Assembly (NCBI RefSeq): GCF_009914755.1
Contig: NC_060928.1
Length of the DNA stretch: 64,000 nt
Reading direction: 5' to 3' (one strand)
Source of the DNA: the human T2T-CHM13v2.0 reference genome, Homo sapiens
Shown: in pieces, positions 13,484 through 26,600 of the stretch
How positions within the stretch are numbered: position 1 is the stretch's first letter
Layout: each line of letters starts with the position of its first letter
The notes under the pieces: model-generated
Seen by the model: the letters and a program-made list of their open reading frames with translations, nothing else
Database searches by the model: none
What the model was told of the DNA's origin: nothing
Made by a program: the position numbers and the translations under genes

Positions 13484-13841
13484 TGTATTAGTCTGTTCTC
13501 ATATTGCTGTGAAGAAATACCCAAGACTGGGTAGTTTAAAAAGAAAAGAGGTTTAATTGACTCACAATTCCCCATGGCTGGGGAGGCTTCAGGAAACTTA
13601 CAATCATGGAGAAGGTATCTCTTCACAGGGCGGCTGGAGAGAGAATGAGCGCCAAAAGGGAAAATGCCAGATGCTTATAAAACCATCAGATCTCATGGGA
13701 ACTCACTCACTATCATGAGAACAGCATAGGGGAAACCACCCCCATAATTCAATTACCTCCCCCCGTGTCCTGCCCTTGACATGTGGGGATTATTACAATT
13801 AAGGTAAGCTATGGGTGGGGACACAGAGCCAAATCATATCA
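13484..13841 (-). mobile_element. THE1 (THE1D-like) solo LTR with 5-bp TSD CCCTC
   Basis: tgtattagtctgttctc...gggtggggacacagagccaaatcatatca; TSD ccctc at 13479-13483 and 13842-13846. Confidence 0.93.
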
Positions 13842-15849
13842 CCCTCCCGGGGTCTGAAAGCACCTCTTCTTATGTGATTGTTCTTTTTAATTTGTCTATC
13901 TCTTTTGGCAGGTGTGTTTTTCACAGACATCAGTAAAGATGGTTAAGATGTATCAGTCAGTATATATTTTTGTAAATGTGTTTATTCTGAAAACGTACAT
14001 TGTTTTCCCAATCCAACATCTCTGGCTTTGTATAAATCAAAGTTGACTCGTATGCTATTGACTCTGTAGGCTGCTGGAGATTTCAATGGACCTGTAAGCC
14101 CTGTTGGGTTCATCTTCCCATGTTTAAAAAAAGGAGAGATAAAGAAGGAAACCTGTTTGATCTCTACCTTACCTGGGGAGAGGATAATGAAAAAGAAGTA
14201 GAAGTAGAGGGCTACATTTAAATTTCAAGAAATGTAAGCAATAGAAAATATTAGATGTGGCTCCAACCCTTGCAGAATCACTGGTTTCTACCGTGGACAG
14301 GCTAGGGAAAGAGATAAAAATGGTTTACCCAGTTGCTTTCACAGGTCTGCTTTCCTGGGCACTCTTTCTCTGGGGATTCAAATGCTTTGTCACATACGGA
14401 GGTGCAAGTGCCATCCTGGTTGTGTGTTGAGGCAGAATTAGTCATACTCCTTGTCCGGTGGCCCTGGTCTCAACTAGTCAGGCTGGATTCAGACCCAGGG
14501 GAAGTTGCACAGAGCACACTTGAGGGTAAACATGGGAGGCTGCGGGAAGGAGAGCTCCGTCAATGTCAGACGGCGTCAACCTAAAAACCCACTGGACTAA
14601 AATAAAGCATGAAAGCTGGAGCTGATTTTCTTCCTTCGGGCATTATTGCTGTCCACCCAATTCTGAGCTGTCACTGTATCTGCTGAGTGCATTTCCATTC
14701 CCTACTGTGTGGGGTGCTGGCTCATTCTGGTTGCAAGTCCATTTTAAAGACAGGCCTTTGCACGACTCTATGTTTCTTGGCTAATTAATAATATTAAAAA
14801 CATTAATAAGAAAAAATAATAATGCTTTTGGACACATCACACAGCAGGACATTAACAAGAGGAAGGCTTCATCAGCTGAGTTTTTATTTTCATAACATCC
14901 ATGAATAACTGAACTCAGAATGAAACTCTTTTTTCATTATACTCAGAGCTCTGATGTGGAGATGTAACATGCTCTCTAGGGGGAATCTACTCCACATTAA
15001 ACTGTATTTAAAAAAATTCTACTGATTCTTTTGATCTAAATCTTTTGCAAGGAATTTTGAGCTCATTCTTTTCTTTCTTATTCTGGATTGTGGAGATAGA
15101 ACACAGTTCTCAAATTCCATCACATGTGACCCGCTCCCATTTTAACCTGGAAAATAGTGACTTTGTGGGAATATTCACTGGGACAAACAGGAAATGTAAG
15201 ATTGCCCTCCATTTGCCATAGGGATGCTGCCACACTCTGTATTCTCTCTGCCATTATGATTTATATTCAAGGAAAATGTAAACTGATCTTAATATTAATT
15301 GAATAAAAATTATAAGCAGGAAGGTAAATTCTATGCAAATACTAAAATGAATTCCTAAGGGTATATACACAAATAGCATATTTTCAGGGGTTGGGATTAA
15401 CTAAACCGTGATTGCTCTTGCATGGTGCTGAAAAACAGGAGGACACAATTCAATCAATATATATTTAAAATTGAGCTGTTTCCAATTTCTTTCCTCAATG
15501 ACCTAAAGTGAGTTGGTATCCTAGCTAGAAGTGAACATTTTAACAAGAGTTAATAAAGTCTGTTGCACTGACACTTTGCATACAGAATTATTGCCCCCCT
15601 TTGCTCTCAATGTGTTACTTCAATTTAATTAATTATCTTAGGAAAATGATTCAAACTGAAAAGCTATTAAGAAATCTCTTCACTTGCTGAATTAGTGAGA
15701 CAGCAAAACAAGATAAGATGTGTTTTTATTACGTAAAAAATGACCAAGACAAGAAGACTTCCCTGGATTTCATAGGATCACAATTCTAATTGGTGTTTAA
15801 TTTTGTGAGTGTGTGAAAGCTCACTTGGTCTTATAACTTTGTCATTCTA

Positions 15850-16180
15850 TGCTTAAATTGTTGCAATGGCTCCCATTGCCTGGGATAGACTGAACCTCCC
15901 CTTGGTCATCTGACTCTTGGGCACTGACTTTTTGTCATCCTCCTTCTTGCACTTGATATCTTAGCCTCAAGGAATATGAGACATTTGCTAAGTTTACCAT
16001 TTTTGTTTCTCTCTTGGAGTGTTTTTTTCATCTTACTGCTTTTCCTCTAGCCCTAGAATTCCCCGTTTTCTCGTTCTATCCACTGGAATCTTACTATATG
16101 ACCCACCTCAAGTGTACACAAAAAATAAGATCCATTTTTGTACTTGAATTGAATTGTTTTTTTTTCTTCACTCTTTTAGC
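15850..16180 (+). mobile_element. L2 fragment
   Basis: tgcttaaattgttgcaatggctcccattgcc and pyrimidine-rich L2 3'-region text. Confidence 0.5.
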
Positions 16181-16182
16181 AC

Positions 16183-16270
16183 AGTGGTTCTCTATCTTGG
16201 ATGCACATGAGTATCACTAGGAAGTTGAAAAAAATACTGACGCTTGAGTCTCACCTCCACACCTCCATTC
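16183..16270. mobile_element. MER5A-like hAT-Charlie fragment
   Basis: cagtggttctctatcttggatgcacatgagtatcactagg. Confidence 0.65.
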
Positions 16271-17233
16271 TGTGCACAAAATTTTCACTTTAATCTGAAC
16301 AACCAGTAATAACTTTCCAAAATCTTTCCAGACACATACACCTAATATCTCCTTTCAAGCACGTCGATGAAAGAACTTGTTGATATATCAAAGGGAGTTT
16401 GGATGTAAATGAATGGGGTCAGATCACTCCCTTGGATCCAGTGGTGGTGGGAGAAGTCTTCAGTGCAGCTGCCCTCCCTGCCACTGTGGTACCAGCCAGG
16501 TGGACTATCCTTATGTTGTGAACTGTGAGGTGCATGAAATATTCAGGCCACCAGGCAGTAGGATAAGTGGGAAACATGGGAATTAATAGGTAGTCATACA
16601 TGACAGGTGTGGGAAATCAAGCCTGAGCAGCCCTGCACTACAGCCTATCGAAATTAGTCTGAAAGCTCTTGCTACAGTGATTTTTGTCATTCGCCACGTG
16701 TAAGCTAGTGTCTGCGATTATTTTATTTACATTATAATAAGCTCACTCATGTTCTCTTGTTCATATACAGTGAACCTCACAATTCTACCACATTGCTTTT
16801 GTTGATTTACTCTCCCACTGTTGCTGGTGATTATTTTACAACATTTTCTTTCTCTTCATATTTTCGTTACTCCCTCCATAGTTCTCACTCATGGCTGATG
16901 GTCTTGCTTTCTACTTTCCTGAGAAAGTTTAAGGCAACAGGAAAGGACGACTTCAATCTTTCACCAAGTAGTTTACCAATCCACTGAATGTGTACTGAGG
17001 ACTTTGTTTTCTGTCCTGAACCCCTGTCCCATTGAAGGCAAAATCCTTCACTCTTGTAGCTGATTCTGCCCCTCTTTCATCTTTTTAAAGACTCTGCTTC
17101 TGCCATGGGCCCTCTTTACAGCTTCATATTATGATCCTCTCTCTAGGTCACCCCAACATTCCACAGACAGGCTGTGTCATCTGTCATCCTAAGAAAAAAT
17201 ATTCTCCCTTGACCCTTCATTTTCTCCATCAAC

Positions 17234-17674
17234 ATGTTGCAGTGGCCTTCCTACTAAGGGAAACATCCTACTAAAGGGAGCATTCTTTACCCAGGGCTCC
17301 AGCTGCTGTGCTTTGGAATCTATTCTCCCTTTGTACCGAGGCAATGTTTTCCACAGACTACTCCCTGCCAATGACTGAGTTAGGCAGTAATACTAAGACA
17401 GAGCCCTTCTTGGGAGACACAGGACTCCTTTGTTGGCCAACTCTGGCTTGAGAACTAATAGCTTTGTCAAACTTTCCATGAACTGCGTGGCAGCCTAGCC
17501 TGCTTCCACTCATTCCTGTCTTCCTTTCTCCTCCACTAAGCCCACTGAGCCTCAGACTTGCATTAGCGTCTGACAGCTCCCCAACCTCTTTTAACATAGG
17601 CATTTCCCCATAATAAAATCGTTACATGTTTAATCCAGGCTTTGAGTCTGTTTTGTGAAAGACCTAGACAAACA
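17234..17674 (+). mobile_element. ERVL-type solo LTR (LTR16-like)
   Basis: TG...CA bounded; aataaa followed by ttaatccaggctttgagtctgttttgtgaaagacctagacaaaca, an LTR16-style 3' end; interrupts the L2. Confidence 0.55.
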
Positions 17675-18217
17675 TACTTCTCCAATTCCTTTGCTTCCTT
17701 TCATAGCACAATTCCTCTTGGGAGTTGTCTGCCCATTCTCTCCTGCCAAATCTCTCTTAACCCTCTGTCATCAAGCTTTTACCCTCACCACTCAGCAGAG
17801 CTGCTCTTGTTCAGTCATCAACAACTTCCATGTTGCCAAACCCAGCTATTGGTTCTCACTCTTCATTTTTCTCATGTACCAGCAACTGCTGCCATTCCCC
17901 TTTTGAAGCACCTTTTCCAGTTTGTTTTCAGGATGCCACCCTTTCCTCCTTTTCCTTCGATCTCATTCTAAAAATCCTTTAATGGCTTCTTCTAATTTCT
18001 ACCCCTAAGTGCCAGAGTGTCCTTCAATAAAGCCTCAGATCTCCCCTCTCTCTACTCTCCCTTAGTGATGCTGACTGAACAGGATAAATGATATGTAAAT
18101 ATCATTTATACATAACTCCAAAATGAATATCTCTAGCCTTAATATTTTCCCTGAAATTCTGGCTTGTGTACCCATCTCCCTTAAGTTGTCTAATATGTGC
18201 CTTCAATTTAACATGCA

Positions 18218-18770
18218 TATCTTAAGGTGGCCCTCTAGAAAGTAGAGCTTGAAGCCAGCATAAGATGCTACTACTTTATTTTAAATGTGAAAGTCCAGGT
18301 TGTAGAGGCAAAGATGCAAAGGAAGTGAAACAAGGAAGATAGGAAGACGCAGGGTTGGCCATGAGATGCATTTCTGCTTGGTCCTAGCAGTAAACCAAGC
18401 TATGAAGAAACACAGCCGGTGGCCCTCAGGCTTGTTTACTTGGCACATAGATTTCCTATAGGATAGTAAGGAAGAGCTGCCCTTTAGGGTAGTCATAAAG
18501 AAAGAGAAAGGGAGGGAACTTTATTTGTGTTTCCCTCCCATCTTGCATTTCTTATTGGTCAAGTTTCACCCATGGAGAGCTAACTTCCCCAGTGCTTCTG
18601 GGTTGTCCTACAGCCTCAGTCATGCCATTTGGGAAAATAGATTTTATTACCGTTGGTGTTGAATTTTACCTAAGTTCTAAAGTGGACCTGGCATAGGTGG
18701 GTTCCAAAGTAGAGAAAAAGAAATTGGCAGTGATGGGGATCTGAGCTGGTATACAGGGGGTGTGACCACA
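18218..18770 (-). mobile_element. ERVL-type LTR (LTR33/LTR16-like)
   Basis: tcttaaggtggccctctagaaagtagagcttgaag... resembles an antisense ERVL LTR end; interrupts the L2. Confidence 0.5.
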
Positions 18771-21046
18771 TGCATCATCCAAAAGAGAACTTGATTTCTT
18801 TCCCCATCCCCAATTAGTCTCCTTGCTCCTACTTTGCCCTCTGAGACTATTCTCCAAATAGCAGCCAGAGTGATCTTTAAAAAATCAGATTGTATATTCA
18901 CTCGCTCTAATCCTCCAATAGTTTCCCGTCAATAGCTTTGGATAGAACAAAATCCAAAGTCCTTCAAGTGGCCTACTAGACTCTCTGGCTTCATTTCATG
19001 TAGCTCCCCCCACATCCTGCAGCTCCAGTCACCTTCCTACCTGTGCCATGCCTCCATCGCACCAAGCTTGCCTCCACCTTAAGGGCAGTGCACATGCTGT
19101 TCTCGCTGCCTGGAACTCTCATCCCAGATTTTCCCATGGGTCTTTCCCTTACTTCACTTCTTTGTCTCTTTCAGATCACCTCTTTAGTGAGGCTTTTCCT
19201 AGCTATCCTATTGAAAGTCGGAGCCATTTTCATGTTCTTTCTTTCTGCTCTGTGTTTTCTTCTAAACATGTATATACCCAATATTATGCTGTATATCTAT
19301 TTCTTTGAAGTCTGTCTCTCACTAGAGTGTTAGCTCCATGGGAGCTGGAACTTTGTCTATTTCATTGCTGTTTCCTCAGTAACCAGAATAATGCCCAGCA
19401 TATAGTTAGCATTTGGTATGGCATTTACCATTTATCAAGATATGTCACCACTTAACTTTCTTCTTTTTCTCTCTTTTGTGTTACAAAGATCTACTCACCA
19501 TAAACAGAAGAAAGTTCCACTATACAAAAATGAACTGTGTAGTTCTAGCCACATGCTTACAGGGCCAATTTCCCCCAGTTCCTCATTAAGCAGCTTTGTG
19601 CAGCTCTAGCCTCCTAGGTGCAAAAGGAGGCCATGAAATTTACTTTGAATAATGCGCAGGAGGGTCTGGGTACTGAGCCTACGTGACAGTCCCATTCTTG
19701 GATCTTGGTGGGCTGCTTCTGGTCTGGTTTTTTGTGTTGTGTCGGTGACTCAAACCAGAACTCCTTGGGCACCCACAGGTCCTATAGAACACGGCATGCC
19801 CAGCCCAAGATTTCTTAGGCAGTCCTGCTATGTGAGACCAGAGTGTGAGGAATACAGCTTTCTGCTGGGTAATGAAAAGAAAACATTATAATAAGGACTC
19901 ACATTTGCAACATCTGTTTCATTTGGGTAATTTTAGATGGCTAAAACCCACATCTCAGAATGATGAGGGCTCCTATCATCTTACAAATGATTGCTTCGAC
20001 ATCTCTAAGCACTCACTGCAGTAATTAATAGACTGTAAGGGCTGAGAAGAAATAGGACCCTTATTAAGCTCAGGAAACAGCATCCCTCTGGGCAAACTGA
20101 CATAGAAGAAAACAGCGTCATGGTTTCTCTCTCCTAGAAAAGACTGAAAAAAAAAAGTCTCTCTTTCTCTCTTTTTTAAAAACATGTAGTAGTGAGTTAA
20201 GGATTTTAATATTTTTGTTAACCTTTTCTTATTCAGATAGCATTGCTTAATCAATCCTATCAGCTCTCAAAAGAAAAACAACCTTATTCAAAGACCTTTA
20301 CAAGGATAAAAATTGAATTTTAAAGGTACCAACAAAATTCCATTTTTACCAAAATATTTTTTCAAAGATAACAGCAGAAATGATAGCACTTTTCTTCATA
20401 GTATTTCTGGGTAGAAACATAAGAGAGATTGGCGGCTGTTAATTGTATTACACAGATGACGAAAATGAAGCCCTGTTTAAAAAATATGTTTTCGACTTTT
20501 CTATCTCTCACAGCACTTCCTATAGTACTTTCAGCAAGGGCATGACTGTAAATGTAGATGACAATGGCAAAGTAGGAAATGTACTTTCATTTTATAAGAT
20601 GTGGATGTCCTTTAATCCAACACATTTTATTCTTTTTAAAATATCAAAATAAAACCCCTCCAACTGAAAATGAGAAGATGGAGCAATAACTTTAAAATTT
20701 GTGTGAAATTAAGTACAATCTAAGTCGGCTTTTTGTCGAGCCTAATTCCTATTTGTGTAGCTCTGTGTGTTAAACAGAACACTTTGGCATACATTATCTC
20801 ATTTCGTCCTCAAAATATTCTCTTCTGAATTGGATCCCAAAAGCCTTCTCAGATGCAGAAAAGGCTTCAAAACACTTTATTACCAGGTGGAGGCTGATAC
20901 CACCCAGCACACTGAGATCAAACAGTCTTTGGGAAGAAGCGGTTTGCTCCTCATGACCTTTCTGCCAGGTATTGGTCTAGGGTATTCCGTTTGCTAAAAG
21001 ATGTTGAATGTATGTCAATACATTGAAGTGTGATACTGCGTTGTTA

Positions 21047-21390
21047 TGTTAATCAGGATTGGATAAGTTATGCTGTAGTGACAAACAACCCCCATATCTC
21101 AGTGGCCTCACAGAAGAAAGGTTTGTTTCTTGATTACAAAGTTGAGTAAGTCCAAGTGACGTTTTGGGGATAATGAATGCTCTGTAATTGCTCCACTGGG
21201 AACCTGCAGCTCCTTGGTCATTGCTCAAGGACGGACTGTGTTAGGGTGTTCATTCCAGCAGTTAAATGCTTTGCCCTGGGAGTGACACATATCACTCACT
21301 TCTGCCCACCTGGACATGAAACTGTAATCTTCATATGTGCCAGGAAGGAGAGGAAAACCAGATGTGGGTGACGTAGGGATTTCTACTACA
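21047..21390 (-). mobile_element. Old MLT1 (MaLR) LTR
   Basis: tgttaatcaggattggataagttatgctgtagtgacaaacaacccccatatctcagtggc. Confidence 0.7.
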
Positions 21391-22039
21391 TGAATTTTTT
21401 TCTTTTATCGATCAACAAAGACATATTAAGTTTTGGCTTTAACCCAGAGTAAACTTAGCCAAACCAGTCAAGGCCTATGGCCTTCATCCACTAAAAGTAT
21501 TACAAGTGTTACTCTGTAATGGCCGAGGTGATGCATTTTTAGAACAATTATGTTTGGCCTCAAATTTTCCCTGATATAGGGCTATAGTGATCTCAATAGG
21601 ATGCCAAAGCCACTGAATATGTTCAGTGAATTCAGGGGGAGAAGAAAATTGGCCTGGCAGTTTTGATAGTGTGCAGAATAAATAATGAGCTGATTGTCTG
21701 CAACATTCATTTTCCAGTGCATCAGTGAACACTGTGAGAATTGCTTTTTAGTTACATTGTTTTCTTTCAGGAACTGTAGAAAGCAGTTACAGGGATTAGG
21801 AAGAAGACAGAAAGGCCGAATGTTGTAGATCATATCGTTGAGGGTTATAACTTTGTGCTTGAGACAAAATTGCCATCTCTTGCAAATGTGATTTTGGCCT
21901 CCTCCAGGTTGATCTTACATGGGCTAGTAAACTTGGTTTAAAAAAAAAATCACTGGTTACTAAAAGAGAGTGTGTTTGCTCTACTTAGGAGTGAACTCCC
22001 TCTTGATTGCCTTAGTCCAAAACACAGGGATGGGGTTTT

Positions 22040-22203
22040 AAATTTGGTGCTCATCATTGTAGCTTGTAAAATTCAAATTCCAGGTCTCTACTCTCAACAG
22101 TTTTGGATCAGTGTTGTGGAACTTAGGAAATCATGTTTTTAACAGGAATTTCAGTTGACTCTGATGTTTGCTAGCCCACAGACCATGTTTTGAGAAACAC
22201 TGA
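22040..22203. mobile_element. MER5-like hAT-Charlie MITE
   Basis: ttttaacagg...gttgactctgatg...gaccatgttttgagaaacactg. Confidence 0.6.
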
Positions 22204-24004
22204 ACTAAAGAAAAGAACATGGATGGGTTGGGAAATGGTCAGAATCTTGTAAATTCTGAGCAGACCTCAAAAATATTCATATTGTCAGGTAATTTGTTCA
22301 ATATCCTATACAAAGGGCTTGGAAAACAGTCTGCATAGTAAACGTACAACAGACTTTTCAAGATTTGACTGCTAGAGACTGCTGTAAATTTTCTAAATAA
22401 TCCGTACAATGGTTTTAGGCATTCCTTTTAGTTAACAGTGAGGGCTTTCCACCCACCCCATTTACTAGTGCCCTTTAGGATTGTAGAAAAGAACGCTTGG
22501 CCCTCAATGAGGACAATGGAAAGCAAGTTGAATGAATCCCTAAAAGGCATATTTTACTTGAAAAACATGCATTATGCTCTTTTCCAAGTAAACTGCACAG
22601 AAAAATGTAAATGAAGCATGAAGCTCTTATGAATTAGACCCTAAGCATTTTTCTTTTTAGCATATAAACTGCCACTAAGGATGTGATAGGAATGCATTTT
22701 CCACTATTTTTCAAACTGTAATTACATTTCCCTAGTAAAACTCAAATACTTGATATGGTCCTGTTGCAACTGTACCAGACAGGTAATAATTGGAAAATTT
22801 AACATAGAGCTTTATCTCTTAAATGTTAAAAGGTAGGGCTACTCACAGCATACAGAAGAGATGGCATTTGATTCAAAAGCTGTGAACCTGGTGATTCTCT
22901 ATAATATTAATTTTGCATCTGGAAATATGTTCCAAAGCTGTAGCACTCTTTTAAATACATAAGAATAAAAAACAAATAATTCCTCCTTCAACCTTTACCT
23001 AAAACATCCTATAATCTCTATCTAGCTTTCAATAGTTCCATTTTTTTGTTCACATCTCCCGTATTTCAGGTTGGAATGTGATGCATTTGAGTCTCAGAGC
23101 AGTACATTACCTTATTTAAGTAGCAATGGAATAAAGTGAAGCAAAAAAGAGGGAAATTCTCTGAGGAGCATCGTTCAATTGTGTATCCAAAGATCACCAG
23201 AAAAAGGCACACAGTAAAACGTGTATAGAGAATTAAAGACTTGAGCAATGCTCTTCCCATCTATCAACACAGTTGACTTTGTTAGTCAACATTTTAAAAA
23301 GTTACTGTCTTCTTTTTATTCAGCAGCTCTGAGACTTACACTGCGTTAAGCATGCATACACCTACATGGAGAACAATGAAAAGCTCTTTCAGACATCTAT
23401 GTGTTTTGATAATACTTTTCTGGGGACAATGCAAGTTAAATAGTTTCCACATAAGTACATCCTATGCAATTTCTATGGGAAAACTGTAGATTTGCAACTT
23501 TAGGACAAAGCCCATCATTGTCTGTAATATGATCATACGTAGTAAGATGCTTTGAAGAGCAATGACATAATTCCTTAGATCTCATGAAATCTTCAGCCTG
23601 ACTTTGCGTTCTCTGCTGGGGAAACTTGGATGTTTTTGAGTGCATACGAAACCAAATTCCGTGGGCCTTTGACTTACTTGAGTTTTTTATAGGTTTCACC
23701 CAGACCTGATGCATCTCGTTTTTGTGTCTATCAAAAAACAAAAAATAATTTATTTCCACATATTCCATTTCACTGCTTATTACTGTGCATATTTGATTAC
23801 AAGAGATTTGCAGCAGCACAACTTTGTAAGTGTGAATTAAAGTTATGATTCCTGGAAGGATTTCTCAACTTTGAACACATAAAAAATAGTATAACTAAAA
23901 ATAGTATAACTTTAATCCCCAAACTAGAGATCACATTCAGCATCCTCCAGTAATTCAGACTGGAAATGGTCTCATACAGTGGAAACATGTAGCTTCTGAC
24001 AGCT

Positions 24005-24155
24005 GGAGAAGCAATGGAACATAAGGATCCATAGCTCAGGTTTTTGAATCAGACAAGTTTTAAATCTCTGCTCTACTATTTACCAGCAGGCTTGATCTTA
24101 GGATTATGCTCTCTGAGCTCAGTTTTCCCCGTGTGTAAAATGGATAAGAGAATAG
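24005..24155 (+). mobile_element. MIR
   Basis: aaatctctgctctactatttaccagc...ctctctgagctcagttttccccgtgtgtaaaatgg. Confidence 0.75.
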
Positions 24156-24855
24156 TTATAATACATAGGACGTGCTAACTGCTATATCAGACTCATAAGT
24201 ATGTAAAGGTTCAGACACAATGGAAATGAGATTTTTCATTAATAGTACTTGGTAGTGACCAAAATGTTTCTTCTCCAGTTAGTCATTCAGAGACTCAGGC
24301 TGAAAGAGGTTTTACTACCTTTAATATGTAGCTTTCAGGGTTGCTTTAGAGCAGTAGTTCTCAAATATTTTCTCATTATTTCTCCACTAAGGAGAAAAAT
24401 TAAATTAATTAAACCCAATTAATTTAAATTAATTAATTAAATTTCATTTAACTTCTCCCTAATGAGAGAAATTAAATGCTAAGAAATAAGATTTTACCAG
24501 GTAGATACGACCTTTGGAAGGCCACAAACCATTGCAATATCAAAGATTTTTTTGCTCCCCCAAGCAACAATGTTCACTTATTGGGAGCCATATTACCCAC
24601 ACGGAGAATGTATGTGTTGTAAGTTATCTCTGTGCTAGCATCTAGAAAGGGAAAAGAGAGTGAAGGAGTACATCTGGGAGATTTTAATGGGCCAGGCCTG
24701 GAAGTAGCCCATATCACTTCTGTTTGTACTCAATTGTCTAGAATTCAGTCACATGGTCACCCCTAAACGCAAGGAACATTGAGAAATGTAATCTAGTTGT
24801 GTTTCAGGAAAAAGAGAAGATGTATTCTTTGGTGAACAGCCAGTGGTTTCTTTTA
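24155..24855 (-). mobile_element. Old MLT1 LTR split by a DNA transposon
   Basis: gtcattcagagactcaggctga; gggccaggcctggaagtagcccatatcacttctg...cagtcacatggtcacccctaa. Confidence 0.65.
24351..24612. mobile_element. hAT-type MITE inserted in the MLT1
   Basis: Starts cagtagttctcaaa (hAT-Charlie-like terminus); far end ggagaatgtatg; AT-rich core. Confidence 0.5.
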
Positions 24856-25690
24856 CTATTTTACCTGCTTTGTGTGATGTGTGGTGAGAATTTAGTTAAC
24901 ACTTAATAGGAATTAAATGTTTAGCATCATGTCTAGTACATTGTTAGTACTAAATACAATTTTTTGAATTTGCATAGGAAAAAAGGCAAAATTGAGAAAT
25001 GTCGTCTCTCCATCATTTAATCTATCAGGGAATGAAAAGAAATAGAGTTTAAAGGAGCCTTGGAAACCATGTAGGCTGATCTTCCATTGACAGATTTCTG
25101 TTTGAGCATTTTTAGTAAAACAGAGGCAGTGCATTTCCTGGTCATAGCTTGAATTACATGAAAGTTTTCATTCCAGGCAAAAATCTATATCCTCAGACCT
25201 CCAGCTGTCCCAGTCTACCCATTATTTGCTTTGTCCTCTGAAATTGTTTACTCAACAAATGTGTATTGAGTGCTTACTGTATGACTAGTAGCACGACAGG
25301 CTTTGAGGAATCAAAAACAAATTTATGCTCCTTCCTTTTAAAGACTTGAAGCTTTCTACCCTTCAAAAGGTAGGAAACTTGGTCTTAGTCATTACTATGA
25401 AATATATCTTCAGCCCCTAGCACAGTGTGGGCATTTAGCAGGTGCTCAATAAATAGTTGAAAAAGTGGGTGTGACGGTGAAAATAGATAAGAAAAGCAGA
25501 CAAGGTCAGAATAGGAAAATGAATTATATTAAGGAGGCAAGGACCTTCTTCTGGGAGAACAGCCAAAAGCATATGAGCAAGGAAGCATATGAGAATTTAC
25601 CATGTTAAAGAATGGGGTAGGGGGTTTTCTAGAATAGGAAATAGCATGTTTGAGGCTATTTAAGCATGTAGAGGTGAGGGTTTGTCAAAG

Positions 25691-25976
25691 TGTGGTAGAT
25701 CAGTTGAATAGTGTCTGTCAAAAATTCATGTCTACCATGAACCTAAGAATATGAGCTTATTTGGAAACAGGGTATTTGCAGATATAATGGTTGGGAACCC
25801 AGAAGTTAAAGGAGGCAGGGGAAGATTCTTTCCTAAAGCCTTCGGCGGGAACACAGCCCTAATGACACCTTGATTTTGGACTTCTGACCTCCAGAACTGT
25901 GGGAGAAAAAAGAATTTGCTGTTTTAAACACCTAGTTTGTGTTAAATTGTTATGAAAATTCTTGGAAACTAATACA
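25691..25976 (+). mobile_element. MLT1 (MLT1B/C-like) LTR, internally deleted
   Basis: cttatttggaaacagggtatttgcagatataa...cttgattttggacttctgacctccagaactgtg...ggaaactaataca. Confidence 0.85.
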
Positions 25977-26299
25977 GGAGGTTTTTATCAAAGTATAGTC
26001 AATGGAGGTTTGGGGAGTGGGCAGTAACACTGTCCCACGAAACTCATGATGGCTCTGTTGTTGCAAATAAAGTGGGAACAATTTAAACTGGTTTACCAGA
26101 TGAACTGATACTCTTAATGCCCTCTGTACAGGATACTGATGGATACCCATGCTTGACTGAACACTTCGTGCTGGTAGATTACTCTGTGGCCCAAATACTA
26201 CTTTCAGGAGTTGAGCTGTGTGCTTACCAAGAATCAATTGTGTTTGTTCCCAAATCTGTTTTTGTCAATTGTACTTGTAATTTTGCAATATTATTATAA

Positions 26300-26600
26300 T
26301 ATATATTTAATGAGTAAAGTATGAGTATGGCAGAAGAGTTATTTCTTTGCAAAATAATAAAATATTTTGCAAAGATTGGAGTTTGATTTAAAAATTGTAA
26401 AAATTAAGAAAGTTTTTGCAGTCAGATTGCGTTTAAAGTGCCCTAATGTTTTGCATATTAAAAAAATTGAAACCGCCAATTGTAAAGGAGGCATTTTGGG
26501 AGTGGTTTATACAAAATAAACTTTGAGGAAATTTAGTTAGTGGCTGCTCCATTATATATCAGAGGTGGATATATGAATGAATGTATACTTACATATTTGA
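26300..26600 (+). mobile_element. Possible ancient Tigger/pogo transposase remnant
   Basis: 26464-26523 translates KLKPPIVKEAFWEWFIQNKL, resembling the CENP-B-type HTH 'EAL..WF.Q' motif; no intact ORF. Confidence 0.3.

Larger units (their letters stand above)
16770..19425 (+). mobile_element. Long degraded L2 interrupted by two ERVL-type LTRs
   Basis: Pyrimidine-rich L2 text (acagcagccagagtgatctttaaaa-like at about 18860); 3' tail actagagtgttagctccatggg...gcccagcatatagttagca. Confidence 0.75.

Noticed and set aside
23436-23819. 127-aa ORF in unique sequence
   Set aside because: No recognisable domain, promoter or splice context; this length can occur by chance in 64 kb.
17250-25595. Short tandem duplications (cctactaaggg x2 near 17250, aaatagtataact x2 near 23885, aagcatatgag x2 near 25568)
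   Set aside because: Ordinary replication-slippage duplications.
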